NCBI RefSeq assembly: GCF_036321535.1
Contig: NC_087472.1
Location: 92,196,001-92,260,000 of the forward strand
Length of the DNA: 64,000 nt
Source: Camelus dromedarius
Taxonomy: Eukaryota
Direction of reading: 5' to 3'
Position numbers and translations under genes: made by a program. Below the pieces are notes generated by a model, which was given only the letters and a program-made list of their open reading frames with translations, was not told the origin of the DNA and made no database searches. Numbering within the stretch: position 1 is the stretch's first letter; every line of letters begins with the position of its first letter. This document shows, one piece after another, positions 42,161-55,574 of the stretch.

Positions 42161-44554
42161 CTCCAAATAGGAGAAGGTGGGTTTTGCTATACAGGGAAGA
42201 GGTATTCCTTCCAATATATATCTGGATAGCCTCCAAAACTAGCACCAATGAATTTAGGGACACAAGTCATGAAGCGTTAATCATGTAAATTCAGTAATCA
42301 GGATTTTCCAAACATTTCTACATCGCAGCATATACAGAAAATGATTACATTCATTTTCTGGAAAGGCAAAATGACACAATGAGAAGTGTGCTTTAGGTAG
42401 ATTTACCTGATGGGAGTTTGCACAATATATCCAGAGTAGAAATATCTGTAGACAAGAAGAGTGTTTTACATGGTAATATGATAATATAGGCCACGATTGC
42501 ACATAGATTTCATACTGTGCCAAAAATACTGATTTTGCCTTTATGAAACAATAACAAATTTTGAAGTCATGTCTAGGAATTATCAGGAGAGAATGTCAAC
42601 GTCAAATGAAATGTCTGCCAAGGACCATATGTCATGTGCTTACCATTTTTGGTCTAGGAGTTGGGCAGTAAGAATTCGAAGCTGTTGGTATTGATGGAAC
42701 TATGAAGTAGATATGAACTAAGACTCCTAATACAATTAACAATAAAAATTTAACACTAAAAACCAGAGTCACATCTGGAAATAGACATCAACTTGTGTTT
42801 CCCAGTAATAAATGAGATTTGGAGTAAAGAACAGGCAAGAATCAAAGGTAATGGAACTTTTGACATAGGTGACAGAATGAACTAACTGGTAAATCAAGAG
42901 ATAATGAGTTGATTTTCATTGTTTAATCTGAAGGAAGGAGAGAGCAAACGGGATGGAAAATAAAGGCAAGAAAATGGTGAGGCAACATGGGGATATGTCC
43001 TAGTGAACACTTCCATGAGGTAGCTGGATTATGGGATGGGTTCCTTGGAAGAAAGGCTAGTGAAGTATATGCAGGTCAATGTTAAAGCAGTAAAAGTAGA
43101 TAATAATGGAAGAAAAAAGTAAAGAGGAGACAAATCAACAATGAAGGAAGGTACGAAAAGAGAAGAGCCATGATACAGACATCACTAGAGAAGAATATAT
43201 CAACCACAGCAACTGTAGACACTCACATCCAATGCTGATTCCCTTGCATACTGTTTAAGTCTATATTAAAAGAAACAGAAATCATTATGGAAAAGAAAAT
43301 TAGAAGAAAAATAGTTAACTTTTAAGCTTATTTATTGGCAATAATTCTATCATGTCCCTCTCCCTCCAACTGACAAAATTCAAACAGCAATAAACATGTT
43401 CTAAATTGTTTCCTTCATTGATTCTTTTGAGTGAGATTTGCTCCTTTCTATTAGACAAATATTGGAAAAGTTCTAATTGAATTCTAGTTCAGCTGCTTTT
43501 GTTTTGTTCTAACAATTGTGTTTCAAATGTCATTCACATGAATGTCTATGAATACAAATACTTTTTTAACATGGCTCTTAATTTTGTTTGATCTTGACCT
43601 AAGAAAGCTGATGATGAGGTGACTCCTGTCTTCTGGGTTACTGGTTTTAACTGAAATCAATCTGATAAGGAGTGATTGAAAGTCACCACTGGTTCTTTCT
43701 GTGCTTAATAGTCTGTGTTAATGTGTTGGTGGTCCCAGGTGAATTCTTGGGGAACAAGTGTCCATATCATTAAAACCACTATCTCAACTGTAACCAAGTA
43801 CTATCTGAAAAGACTCTGAGGATCCAATTCCTTTATTCTCTGCAGGTAAGGAAAGTTCTCTGTCACCATGTAAGTACATGAAATATCAGGTGCTTCATGC
43901 CTGTTCTGGACTTAAATTAAGAATTCTTTCCCCAGAGTTTTCTTTATTGTATTTAATGACTATTTTATATCTTCAAATAAAATTTAAACACTGGCCTGAA
44001 AAATCCTGGACATTTATCATCCTATAGTATTCTGTGATGACTATCTGAGAGGTGGTACCAAACTGTATATAAATTTCTGATCCATAGAAAACTTTTGAAG
44101 ATTCACAAAAATACATAGCAAGTGCAAATATTTCATCACACACATTCACTCACAGACATCTGTCAAATTGATACAACTGAACTCTATTTTAAGTATTTCT
44201 ATTTAGCTTAGCTTTCCAAGCTTAGAAAGGATTCCCAAAAAAATCCTCCCAACCAAATGCCTACCTGTAGTTCAAAACAAAAAGAATTAGAGAATGTAGG
44301 GTGGATTTAAAAATACATTGTCTTTGATGCAGTATGAGGTATATTCTAAAAATTTTTTCTCATTAGTTTCCTAAAGCTATTTATTCAAATTCTCCAAAAT
44401 ATAATGTATAGTACTACATTGTATGTCAAGGGAAACATCCCTTCTGGTTTTAAGTCAAATAAGGATTCCCCACCTTCTCATGTGGAAAGTTAATTTTCAT
44501 TTTCCTGACCCCTGTGTAGAGTAGAAAGTAGAAAAGATTCAGAAACTAAGTCAG

Positions 44555-45055
44555 AGGTGAATTGGATAATCACTTCCAATTCTTCACATCCTCATTGTAA
44601 CAGAATTACACATCCATGCCTTAAAATCCATGTGATTTTGAGGTGTCTCCTACTAGAAGAGGCAGAAATCATACTTTCAACACATTAGCTTTTGATGTTG
44701 CTATGACTTCTTTTGGACAATGGAAGTGACACTGTGACTATTACAACCTGAGACTTAAAGAAATATTCCATGTTTCTGCCAGCTCTCTTGGAGCTTCCAC
44801 TCTTTGCCCGGAGAAGAACATATTCCAGATAGCTATTGCTCTTTTAGCATGGAACCAAAAATTAACACATATCAAAGAGACTTGAATCTAACCCAAAACC
44901 TGGAATCCAGAATAGCTCAGTAGAGCTCAGGCAAGAACAGACAACATTAGTTAAAACAGAGCCAAACTGTACATCCTTGACCATGAAATAAATCATTAGT
45001 ATTGCAAACTTTGAGCTTTTGGGTTGTTTGTTATGCAGAATTATCACTGCAGCCT
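44555..45055 (+). mobile_element. Old MaLR LTR (MLT1H/I-like)
   Basis: ccatgtgattttg..atgacttcttttggacaatgg..gagaagaacatattccagatagct..ttttgggttgtttgttatgcagaattat. Confidence 0.65.
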
Positions 45056-45289
45056 GTCTAGTCAAATCCCATGGCAGGGTAACATTGTTAGCTGCTTGCC
45101 TTTTTCCTGGAAATTTTAGCAGATGAGAGGAAAGGTGCATGAGATAACAACAATGAGGGTAATGACACAGAAGGTTTATGCAATTCAACAAACCCTTAGT
45201 GAGCACCAATTACACTTAGGGATAGATTCTTCAGGAACTAGAGAGCCAAATCTTCTGACTGGGTAGGACACAATCAATCAATAGTATCT

Positions 45290-47170
45290 AGGAATAATTT
45301 ACAAAATAATTCACCCAGAGACATAAAAAAACCTAATTTTTCTAAGTTCCCACGGAACACACACCAAGATTGACCATATCTTAGACCATAAAACAAACTT
45401 CATCACAGTTTATATAACTGACATCATACAAAGTATGTTCTTGACCACAGTGGAATAAAACTAGAAGTTATTAACAGAAAGATAGCAGGAAAATATCTCA
45501 ACATGGAAATTACACACTACTAAACAATCCATGGGTCAAAAAACTCTCAATGAATACAAAAATTACATTGACCTAAGTAAAAATGAAAACACAACATGAA
45601 AACATTTATGGAATATGGCCCAACCAGTGTTACGATGAAATTTCATAGTATAAAATGCACAAGTTAGAAAAGAGAAATCTCAAACCAGTAATTTAAACTC
45701 CCACCTAAAGAATATAGAAGAAGAGGATCAAAATGAACCAAAAGCAAGCTGAATGAAGGGAAGAAAAACATACACAAAAATAAGCTCACAATGGATCAAA
45801 GACTTAAACATAAGACAAGATACAATAAACCCTCTAGAAGAAACATTATCTCACATACATCTCAAAAATGTCTTCCTAGGGCAGTCTACCCAAGCAATAG
45901 AAATAAAAGCAAGAAAATATCCAGAAGGAACTCTACTTCAAAATGACACTTGCACCCCAATGTTCATAGCAGCACTATTTACAATAGCCAAGACATGGAA
46001 ACAGCCTAAATGTCCATCAGCAGGTGACTGGATAAAGAAGATGTGGTATATTTATACAATGGAATATTATTCTGCCATAAAACCAACCGACAACATAACG
46101 CCATTTGCAGCAACACGGATGTCCCTGGAGAATGTCATTCTAAGTCAAGTAAGCCAGATAGAGAAAGAAAAATACCATATGAGATCGCTCATATGTGAAA
46201 TCTTAAAAAAAGAAAAAGAACATAAATACAAAACAGAAACAGACTCATAGACATAGAATACAAACTTGTGATTGCCAGGGGGACGGGGGTGGGAAGGGAC
46301 AGACTGGGATTTCAAAATGTAGAATAGATAAACAAGATTGTACTGTTTAGCACAGGGAAATATATACAGGATCTTATGGTGGCTCACAGCAAAAGAGAAT
46401 GTGATAATGAATGTATGTATGTTCATGTATAACTGAAAAATCGTGCTCTACACTGGAATTTGACACAACATTGTAAAATGACTATAAATCAATAAAAGAA
46501 TGTTAAAAAAGTATAAAAAAAGACAAAGGTAGATATCAATGAAATTGAAACAAAAGCAATGAAAAAGTCAATGAAATAATGAGCTTGTTCTGTGAAAAAC
46601 TCCATAAAATTGTCAAACCTCTTGCAAGACTGAAAAAGGAAAAAAAAGAGAGAAGACACAAATTACTAATATCAAAAATGAAACAATCACTGTCACTACA
46701 GACCTTGCAAACATCAAAAGGATAATAAGGGAATACTATGAACAATTCTACACATATTAATTTGGCAACTTATATGAAACAGACCAGTTTCTCAAAAAAC
46801 ACAAACTGATACAACTCACTCAATATAAAACTGATCATTTGACTAGCCCTGTGACTATTAAGGAAACTGAATTCACAATTAAAACACTCAAAAAAGAAAT
46901 ATCCATGTCCAGATCATTTCACTGGAGAATTCTACCAAATATTTAAAGAAGCATTAGCATCATTCTACACAACCTCTTTCAAAAAAATAGAAGATGAAAT
47001 GATTTCCATTCCTTTTATGAAGCTAGTATTAACATAATACCAAATATTCCTTATGAACAAATATACAAAAATCTTTAAGAAATTATTAGTTAATATAATT
47101 CAGCAATATATAAAAATAATTATGCACTATAACAAAAATAAGTTCATTCTCATGGCTGGTTCAACAGTAT
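45290..47170 (+). mobile_element. Old L1 ORF2 fragment (endonuclease to RT region) interrupted by a young L1
   Basis: accaagattgaccatatcttagaccataaaacaaac..., gataataagggaatactatgaacaattcta, actggagaattctaccaaatatttaaagaa. Confidence 0.88.
45769..46521 (+). mobile_element. Young camelid-type L1 3' end with two internal deletions
   Basis: ORF 45753-46250 gives YTKISSQWIKDLNIR...CTPMFIAALFTIAKTWKQPKCPS..WIKKMWYIYTMEYYSAIK (ORF2p C-terminus); same 3'UTR as 22138-22603. Confidence 0.94.
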
Positions 47171-48549
47171 GATTAACTATAACGCAAGTTATCAAGAACT
47201 GAGAATAAGAATCTCCAACAAGTTATAAAACACACACATATTTCATTAAAATAGTCAAACATAAAGATAATTTTAAATACCACATTATGACAAAATATTA
47301 TGATATCTAAGATCTACTTGGGACATTTACAGAGTAATCTACGGATTTCCCTTTGTTTGTTTAACACTCTTTAATTCATAATTTTGCCCTTAGTCACTCC
47401 AGGAAATTTTAATTTCACTTTCAAGCAGCATAAGTCTTCATCCATCAGAACTCAGAAAATGTAGCCATCCCTAGAAGAAGGCTTCCCTTCTCAACTAATC
47501 AAGAAGGGGAGCTTCTGGCTCCTCTCCATCTCCTCCTAGGTTTTGTCTCCCACACAAGTGAAGAAGAAAAGGGACGAATGGGAATTATTATAAAATATTT
47601 TTATTCATTTACATGGTTTTTCTTCAGGAGCCCTCAAAACTTTGTCATTACTAGCTTAGCCACAACTGCTTCCTAAGTACTTGAAAATGCATGCAAAATC
47701 ATTGTATCTACTAAAATAAAAGCTTTTGAAAATCTTATGAAAATTCCTAAGAAAATTATAGGAAGCGGCTCACTTTTGTCAATAAAAGCCACTTTGAACA
47801 AGATTTTTGAAGAGATTAAGATCATCATAATAAAATCCAAATCAAAGAGGTTTTTTGTTGTTGATGTTTATCAATAAGGGAAATCTAAAGCCTATATACT
47901 GTTAGTGTGGTTTTCCTTCTCCCCCTCCCCTATATTGTTTTAATTAGTTTTATCTTTTTTGTTCTCTTGCCTCCAGGGAAGCAAAACATTTCATGAAGAT
48001 ATATTTATATTAATGACTATCACTCCAATAGAGTTAATGAAATTTCTAGCAGTGTTTAACTTATCCTGAAAGGATGCTTTATATACTGGTATTCTCTAAA
48101 CATATTTTTCAATGAGAAGCCACTTTTTCCCCACTAATAGAATTTCAGGTTAAGAAAGGTTATAAATAAGCGTGATTTTCCCCTTTTCTGAGTGCTAAAG
48201 ACATAAGGTTTGGAAAGCCAGAGTGGCCATTCCATTAACATAGATGTCTAATAATAGAATGTTTTAAAGCTACTTTTGGAAAGTCAGTAAAGAGACAACT
48301 TCAGGAGTCAAAACACTTAGCTGTAAAAAGTGACTTAGATTAAAGCTCAGTATACATATAATCAGATTCTCTACTTTATCAGAAAGTTTTTTTATTTCAT
48401 AAATGTAATATAGAACCATCAACAATTCCTTGTAATATGCCACAAAATACATAGCGTGCTTCAAGATGGTTTAAGTAATTTTGATACTAACAGTTCAATT
48501 TATAAAACCACAAATGCATTTACAACTTCAGCAATTTTAAAACAAATGC

Positions 48550-49280
48550 ACAAAATCATAATGTGATACCATTTTACACTCACTAGGATGGCCATAATTT
48601 AAAAAAATAGAAAGCAACAAGTGTTGGCAAGGATTCAGAGAAATTGGAACCCTCACAACGCTGCAAACATATGGTTTGTAGTGTTTGAACGTAAAATGGT
48701 ACAGCTGTTGTGGAAATCAGTTTGGTAGTTCTTCAAAAAGTTAAACTGAGTTACCTTACGACTCAGCAGTTTCACTCCTAGGTACATACCCAAGTGAATT
48801 CAAAGCATGTTCACACAAAACTTATACACAAATGTTTACAGATGCATTATTTGTAACAGCCAAAAAATAGAAATACCCCAATTGTACATCAACTGATGAA
48901 TAGATAAACAATATATTGTTTAGCCATAAAAAGGAATGGAGCACTGTTATATGCTACAACATGGATGAACCTTAAAAAACATGCTAAGTGAAAGAAGCCA
49001 GTCAGAAAAGAGCTCCTATTATATGATTTTATTTACATAGAATTGTCCAGAACAGGGAAATTCATAGAGAAAGAAAGTAGATTACTAGTTGCCAGGAAAT
49101 GGGAGGAGGAGGGGATTAGGAAGTATGGGGCTCATTTTTGGAATAATGGAAATGTTCTGAAATTGGGCAGTGGTGATGACTGCACAACATTGTGAAGATA
49201 CTAAAATCCACTGAATCATACACTTTTAAATACTTAAAAGGATGCATGTTCTGTTGTGATTCTATCTGAGTAAAAAATCA
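48550..49280 (+). mobile_element. L1MB-like 3' end
   Basis: aatgtgataccattttacactcactaggatggc..caacaagtgttggcaaggat..acatggatgaacctt..gctaagtgaaagaagccagtca. Confidence 0.88.
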
Positions 49281-49329
49281 AATGCATTTATGCAACTAGC
49301 ATATATATTAAAACAGTACTTAATGAGTA

Positions 49330-49520
49330 CTTCCCAATACCTACCCTATTTCCTGGCAACCACTAATCAATTTTCCATCTCTTTGAATTTGCCTGTTCTG
49401 GACATTTCATACAAATAGTGTCATACAATATGTGTTCTTTTGTGACTTGCTTATTTTACTCGGTATAATATTATTAAGGCTTACTTATGTTATAGCATGT
49501 AACAGTATTCCATTTCTGTA
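49330..49520 (-). mobile_element. L1 3'UTR fragment
   Basis: cctggcaaccactaatc..tttgcctgttctggacatttcatacaaat..tcatacaatatgtg. Confidence 0.8.
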
Positions 49521-49641
49521 AGGTTTAATGAAATACTCTCAAATTATATAGATTATTTTTAAAAAGTCATCACAATCAAACCATAATTATCAGTCATCAT
49601 TTTTATTTTGAGATATGAATTATTACAGACAAAATATTGGT

Positions 49642-49705
49642 ATGCATGAGGTCCTAGTACCTCCATTAAAAAAATTTAAAAAATTAAGTTAATGCAAAAA
49701 AAAAT
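49642..49705 (+). mobile_element. Truncated, internally deleted vic-1-type SINE
   Basis: atgcatgaggtcct|agtacctccattaaaaaaa; the B-box segment is missing compared with the other copies. Confidence 0.55.
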
Positions 49706-50450
49706 AATTTATGAAATGAAAGGACACAAAGCCCTATAAAGTTCCCACAAGCACCACTATACAATACAGTCAATTACTGTACATGATGATTATGTTTTGG
49801 GCAATGTGTTTAAGAAGGAACAAAAAAGGGAAAAAGCAGAAAAATGGCGAAAAGTTCAAGATTGGGGAAATATTTTTAGAAAATATAGTGAATATGCCTT
49901 TTTAAAAAAATCAACTAAATTGCTTATTATATAATAAAAAATTAAAATAATATTGAGGATTCACTCTGGGTTTATAAGTTTGGCAAAGATTTGAAAATGG
50001 ATAATCCCCAGTGTTATAAATAGGCTTTGTCATGCAGAATATAAAGAAATTTGAATTGGTAAAGCCTTTCAAAAATAACTTGGAGATTTTACAATCTACA
50101 TGCCTTTTAATCCAGAAATTGCACCATTAGAAATTATTTTCAAAGATATTTTCAAAGATAAAATGCTATGTCACAATATTCATCACTGCATTATTTAAAA
50201 TACAAAATAGAAGTAAGAATGTACGTCACAGGAAATTGATTAAAAATGGTATATACTTGAAAAGGGTGATGTCTACTGATATTAATATGGAATATTTCTA
50301 TACTACTATTAAAGCAAAAGAACAGATAAAAGAAAACATATAACATAATATTGTTAGAAAGATATCTGAAAAGATATATATGTCTAAATACAAGTAGTAG
50401 TCACTTCTGTGATGTAGAATTTTAGGTGATTTTTACTCTGTGCTTTAATT

Positions 50451-50692
50451 CAAGCATTTTCAATGTGCAGTATCACCCCATGGGTGCAAAAATTGGCTCT
50501 CGGCGGGCAAACAAGTCTTAGCTATTTATGCTAAGTTTATTTAGGTTTATGGCACTCCAAATGGCCACGGCACATAAACAGATATACCGTATAGCCACGG
50601 TATTAAAATCTCATGATGGGGTAAGTAGGAAAAAATATCTTAAAAGGCTGCTTAGGGGGTCACTAGTGATTTTTAAAAAGTTAAGAAACATG
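50451..50692. mobile_element. hAT-Charlie-type non-autonomous DNA transposon (family not pinned)
   Basis: Termini caagcattttcaa...ttaagaaacatg; internal gcacataaacagatatac..ggtattaaaatctcatg..taggaaaaaatatcttaaaaggctgcttagggg. Confidence 0.6.
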
Positions 50693-51028
50693 TTTTTGTC
50701 TATGGTTTTCAGTGTCTGAATTTTCTACATGTGAATTTTTGTCTGATCACTCCCCTATACACACATACACACAAAAGTTCAACTGTTTCATTTTGAGAAG
50801 CAAAGGTTTCTTTGAGAGAAAAAATAAAAAGCTCATTACTACATTTTAGGACTATTTCCATCATGAATGATAAAAATAGACAAAAATTGTGATATGGCTT
50901 GAAAGGGTAAAACAAAGTGATTGCAGGTAGAAAAGGCATTGCTATGTTTTAGATGTTCATTAAGACACTTTTAAAAATCTGTTTACATTGATCCAGATTC
51001 CTTTACAGTAAAGTCGAGGTCTAAATAC

Positions 51029-51522
51029 TGTCATAGAAAAATTGCACCAAACAGAATTATACAGGCAAGGACAACTTCATGAAAGATGAATGCAAAAGAG
51101 GAGAGAGACAGAACTCAACCCCATGGAAACAAAAGGCAAGACAGGTTTTAAACATTGGCATAGGAAAAGTACTGGGGGACTTTGGGGGAGGGGGTGGGTC
51201 AATGTGATCAGGTCATCTGCATTTGCTGTCACTTCTCTCTTGAAGTTTGTCTCCTACTCTCTCATACAGACTGGGAGATAGATAGGGTCCCTGTCTCCCA
51301 TGATTACATTTCAAAATGATGGATCTCAGGTCTTTGAGAAAGACATCTCTGGGATGTAAAACTGGCAAGAGCCTGGGAAATGATTTACATTTGAAAGGGG
51401 CACAAAAGAATTTACAATTTCAACTTTTCTAAAGTGAATGTTCTAAGAACAGGGAGGCCAGGGGCCTATAGTCATGAAGAAATCTGTCTAAAGGTGAGAG
51501 AACGTTAAGGCTGTCTTAGTCA
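51029..51522 (-). mobile_element. ERV1 solo LTR (MER31/MER67-like)
   Basis: TG...CA termini with flanks atac/ataa; tgattacatttcaaa..aggtctttgagaaagacat..aagaatttacaatt..ttttctaaagt. Confidence 0.72.
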
Positions 51523-52578
51523 ATAAGCACTCTGTAAACTGCTTTCATTCATGAGGCCCCTAAGTTGTCTTGTGGTTTACTAAAATTATTTTTTATTGTT
51601 CTCCTACAGCTAACAATGCAACACCCCAGAGTGAATCCAAAAAAAGAGCAGTTAAGCTCTCCTTTGATATATATATCATATGCATTGTTAGCTATAAGAT
51701 AATTAAAAATAACTTCAGTAAAATTATATATATGTATTAACTGAGTTGTTAAAAATCCTGTAAAGAGTAACATAGGATACTGGTGAATTAATTGGAGTAA
51801 AATACTTTAAAGCTTTAAAAAAATTTATTGCCCTGTATGCACATTTAAGGAGGCTCCTTCTAATTCCCACTAACAATGATTTACTGTGGTGGTATTAAGC
51901 ATAATATGCCTTATTAAGAAGACTTAACTTTTTCTCTTCTTTTTTCCTTTATCTACCAAACGCTCTGCTACTGTTTTGAATTAAGATAAAAGGAGTAGTA
52001 AAAGGGGAATAATTTTGGTAGAAGAAAATCACAGAGAATTTGAGAGTATTAAAGAGACTTTCTCTTATTTAATCATCAAATGTGCAAATTTTAATTTTAT
52101 TAATGCTTCAGACATATACTTAAATGATGTGAACCAAAATATCAAGAGAAAAGGAGCGATACATTTTCTTAATTGCAACTGGGTAATTAAACAAATGTGT
52201 GCTGCTAATTATAGGCTAGTGTGTTCACCACTGAGAACCATGGTGGGGTATGAAGTACTTTTAACATGTGTGTTGCGGCAAAAAAGAAATCGATTGGACA
52301 AAACCATCACTAGCATATCTTGAAGAATCTTGGGGCTCTATCTAGTTCTTCATTCACTACAGCTATTTATTTTAAATATTCTCTGTGCTTTTTGTTAATA
52401 TGGTCTTTGAAAAAAGGAAAATATTAATATTTTGAACTAAGAATTACTGTGGTGGAGCACATTCAAGTCAGACTTCACATACTGTGTACAACCTGAATAC
52501 GCAAATGCAAAATTGATGAATACAGCATTCTGAGACTTCAGGACAGTCCATTATCGTAGGCTCTGCTGCCAATGTGAT

Positions 52579-52713
52579 TTTTTTTTAATTTTGGGGAGGG
52601 AGGTAATTAGGTTTACTTATTTATCTACCTTTAACGCAAGTACTGAGGATTGAAACCAGGACCTCATGCATGCTAAGCATGCGCTCTACCACTGAGCTAT
52701 AAACCCTCCCCCC
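52579..52713 (-). mobile_element. vic-1-type tRNA-derived SINE
   Basis: Reverse complement ggggggagggtttatagctcagtggtagagcgcatgcttagcatgcatgaggtcctggtttcaatcctcagtac; TSD ccaatgtgat at 52569-52578 and 52718-52727. Confidence 0.92.
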
Positions 52714-53219
52714 AATCCCAATGTGATCTTGAAGGTGGTAGAAAAACTGCACTGCATTATATTAGAAGACCGAATTATAATTAAGTGCTACTTCTGGGTT
52801 TTGGCTTCCAGAAAAGTTATTAACAGCACTCTGTCAAATAATTAGGAATATGGATCATGCAGATATTTCTTTTAATTTGCTATTAATTCACACCCTAGTA
52901 CAGTTGTTCAATTCTCTCTGTATTTGGGGGGGGGTGGTACTTTTAGTATGAAATTATAGTATGTCTAACATCTTGTTAATAGAGAGATCTATACATTTAT
53001 GAAGACTTTCTCTTCTGATTTCTTTCACACCTTAGCCATTAAGAAGTGAAAATACAGATGATATACACACATACGTATGTACATGAAAGGAATACATATG
53101 GATGAAAAATACACATTATATATACACACATTTTACATATTATGTAATCATAAGACACATCATAGACCACATCACATCTCTCCATCCCTCTCAATCCCTC
53201 CCTCCCACTCCCTTTTCTC

Positions 53220-53310
53220 AATACTGATCTATTTATCTATCCGTCTATCTATCTACATAGAAAGATACATATACACACACTACATACACACACTATATAT
53301 AATAGATAGA
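53220..53310. repeat. Low-complexity (TCTA)n/(CA)n/(TA)n tract
   Basis: atctatttatctatccgtctatctatctacatag..acatatacacacactacatacacacactatatat. Confidence 0.7.
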
Positions 53311-54529
53311 TCCAACTTTATCTAAGTATTTAGAGAGAGCAAGCTCTATAAGTTATACCATATATATTACACAGAAGTTCACACTGATTAATCCTCTTCC
53401 CTGTATCCTTATATCTTTATTGTCTTTGAACAATAAAGAAACTTGAACCCTAATAAAAACTTGTTAGAAAAGTCACCCTGTGGTTTCTCAAAACCACAGG
53501 TTTCTGAGGACACATTTTCTCCCAGAAACAAAATTTTACTTGATGGTTTTGTCTGCTCAGAAACACATTTAAGCCTAATGCAGAAGCAGAGCAATGCCTT
53601 TAGCACTAAAAGCCCTGTTGGCTTAGTAGGAAAATTATTCTTTGATACAATGTTTTTACCAAACACCTCCTTGCATGCAGTGACTGTTCTACAGCACTTG
53701 CTCTCTAAGATTCTATTTACTTGTAGTATTTAAGACAGGGCTCTGAGTATGGGTAGTAAGAGGACCACAGGGAGTTTGTGTTATTTTCATTTTTCCATAT
53801 TCACAGTCCATGCAACTATAAACATTTGGAACAGAATAGCTACATATCTTCTATCCCCCAAGCCCTATGTATGCATGCATTTAAAAATACTTATTTATAG
53901 GCTTAAAACAAGATCAAGTCTCTACTTAGACATTAAAAGACAAGTCTGTGTGTAAATAAATGACTGATACAGGGTTTATTTCCATTTCTGAGTAGCATCC
54001 AGACAACAGCTTTCTGGGCATTACAACACTAAAGTGGAGTCTAGGGATGTGACAGGATTCTTTGATAAATAGTCTGATGGTCCAAGGAGGTGAGCTTTGC
54101 AGAAAAAAGGAAATTAACTCAACTGATGTCTGAAGAAGAGAAAAGAGGTTCATTTTTCTTCATCTCTCCATCCTGGGCCTCCTTTGCTTTTCACTTCTGG
54201 AGGTGCTATCATTGAAAATGCCTCCCGGGTTGACTCCAGGGTGTGACAGTAATAGAGGGGATTTGGAGGAGAAATTCCAGATACCAGTAAAGTTTGAAGC
54301 AGAGAGACAGAAAGATGGAAATACCAAGCTACAGAAGGAGAGAAGGAAGTTAACAAGGTTCTTCTCAAATGGTTATTTGTAAACATTGCTTGTATTTTAA
54401 AATGAAATTATTGTATCGTGAAGATTCTATTGCTTTTTAAGTTCATTCAGTAGCTGTTCATTCAGGGTTTAGCGTGGGTCAGGCTCTGAGAATCCTGTCC
54501 TCAGGTCTAGGGAAACAGATGGACTCTAA

Positions 54530-54652
54530 ACGCTTGCTACTCAGTGTGTGCTCTAGGGACCACAGCACTGGCATCACCTTGACTTGGAATCTGCATTTTC
54601 CACAAGGTCTCCATGTAATTCCTAAGCACACTGAAGTCTGAGAATGACCACT
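54530..54652. mobile_element. MER5A1-like MITE fragment
   Basis: ttgctactcagtgtgtg..ggaccacagcactggcatcacct..gaatctgcatttt..ctgaagtctgagaa. Confidence 0.7.
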
Positions 54653-55269
54653 TTAAATATATGATTATAAAATTGTGTGAAACACATGTGCCTTGACACT
54701 ATGAAAGAACAAAAGGAAGACACACTTAATTTGAGGACTAAAGAAAGACTTCACTTCGGACCTATAAGTTAGACCTGAAGAATGCACTGGAGTTAATCAA
54801 GAGAATGTATATGATAAGGTTGGATAGTGATGTGGGCAGAAGGAATATGCTCACAAAGTTAAGTTTGGCTGGAAGTTAAAGTGTAATAAGGCAAACAGAG
54901 ATGGATGATGGTAGCGGGTGTGAGTAGGGACAAATGATAGTTTGATAAACCAACTAAAGATTTGGGACTTTATCCTTTGGGTAATATGGAGTGAGTCACT
55001 GATAGTTTTTAAGCATCTAGTTTCCAGGAGATGGAGAACGGTTTTGAGAAATGCAAGGTGGCAGAAGAAAGATGCCCAAATCTTAGCACACAGGACCCAG
55101 TTTCTTCAGACATGGGGTCGTATAAATTGTATCTTAGTTCTTTTTTTTTATTTCAAAGATAGAGGGGAAATTAGTATAGTGCTTTAACAGTATTAGATTG
55201 TTTTTACTCATATTGTCTTTCATCCCATCTCTCTTTGCATTAAAGGGATAGTTTAAAGTAAGGAAAAGA

Positions 55270-55470
55270 GGTTGCACCAGATGTTGGGAGACATGGGCTT
55301 CATGAGTAAGAGTGTCAGTTGTAATTCTTACTAGCAGTGTGAAGAAATTACTTATCCACTGGGAGAATAATTGCACCTGTATCATTGGATGGTTGTGAGA
55401 ATTAAATGAACTGACAGATGTAAGGTGCTGAGAACAGTGCTGGGCACTCAGAAAACCACTATTGTTACTT
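55270..55470 (+). mobile_element. MIR
   Basis: cttactagcagtgtga..ggttgtgagaattaaatga..atgtaaggtgctgagaacagtgctgggcac. Confidence 0.72.
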
Positions 55471-55574
55471 AGTGCACTCCTTCATAATCTCCACAGCCTA
55501 ATAAATGAAACCCTTCCCATATATCTCATTCTTTATGAAGTCCTTACTAATTTTTTTTCTTCCCACATTTCTGA

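Noticed and set aside
45753..46250. Longest ORF (165 aa) as a host gene
   Set aside because: It is the L1 ORF2p C-terminus.
52630..52713. tRNA-Ala gene (also 18405-18480 and 62845-62920)
   Set aside because: The tRNA-like heads are followed by the SINE body and an A-tail (two have TSDs) and are degenerate, so they are SINEs.
53409..53733. Overlapping ORFs on both strands (85 and 96 aa)
   Set aside because: Both have non-ATG starts, no splice context and no recognisable homology; ORFs of this length are expected by chance in 64 kb.
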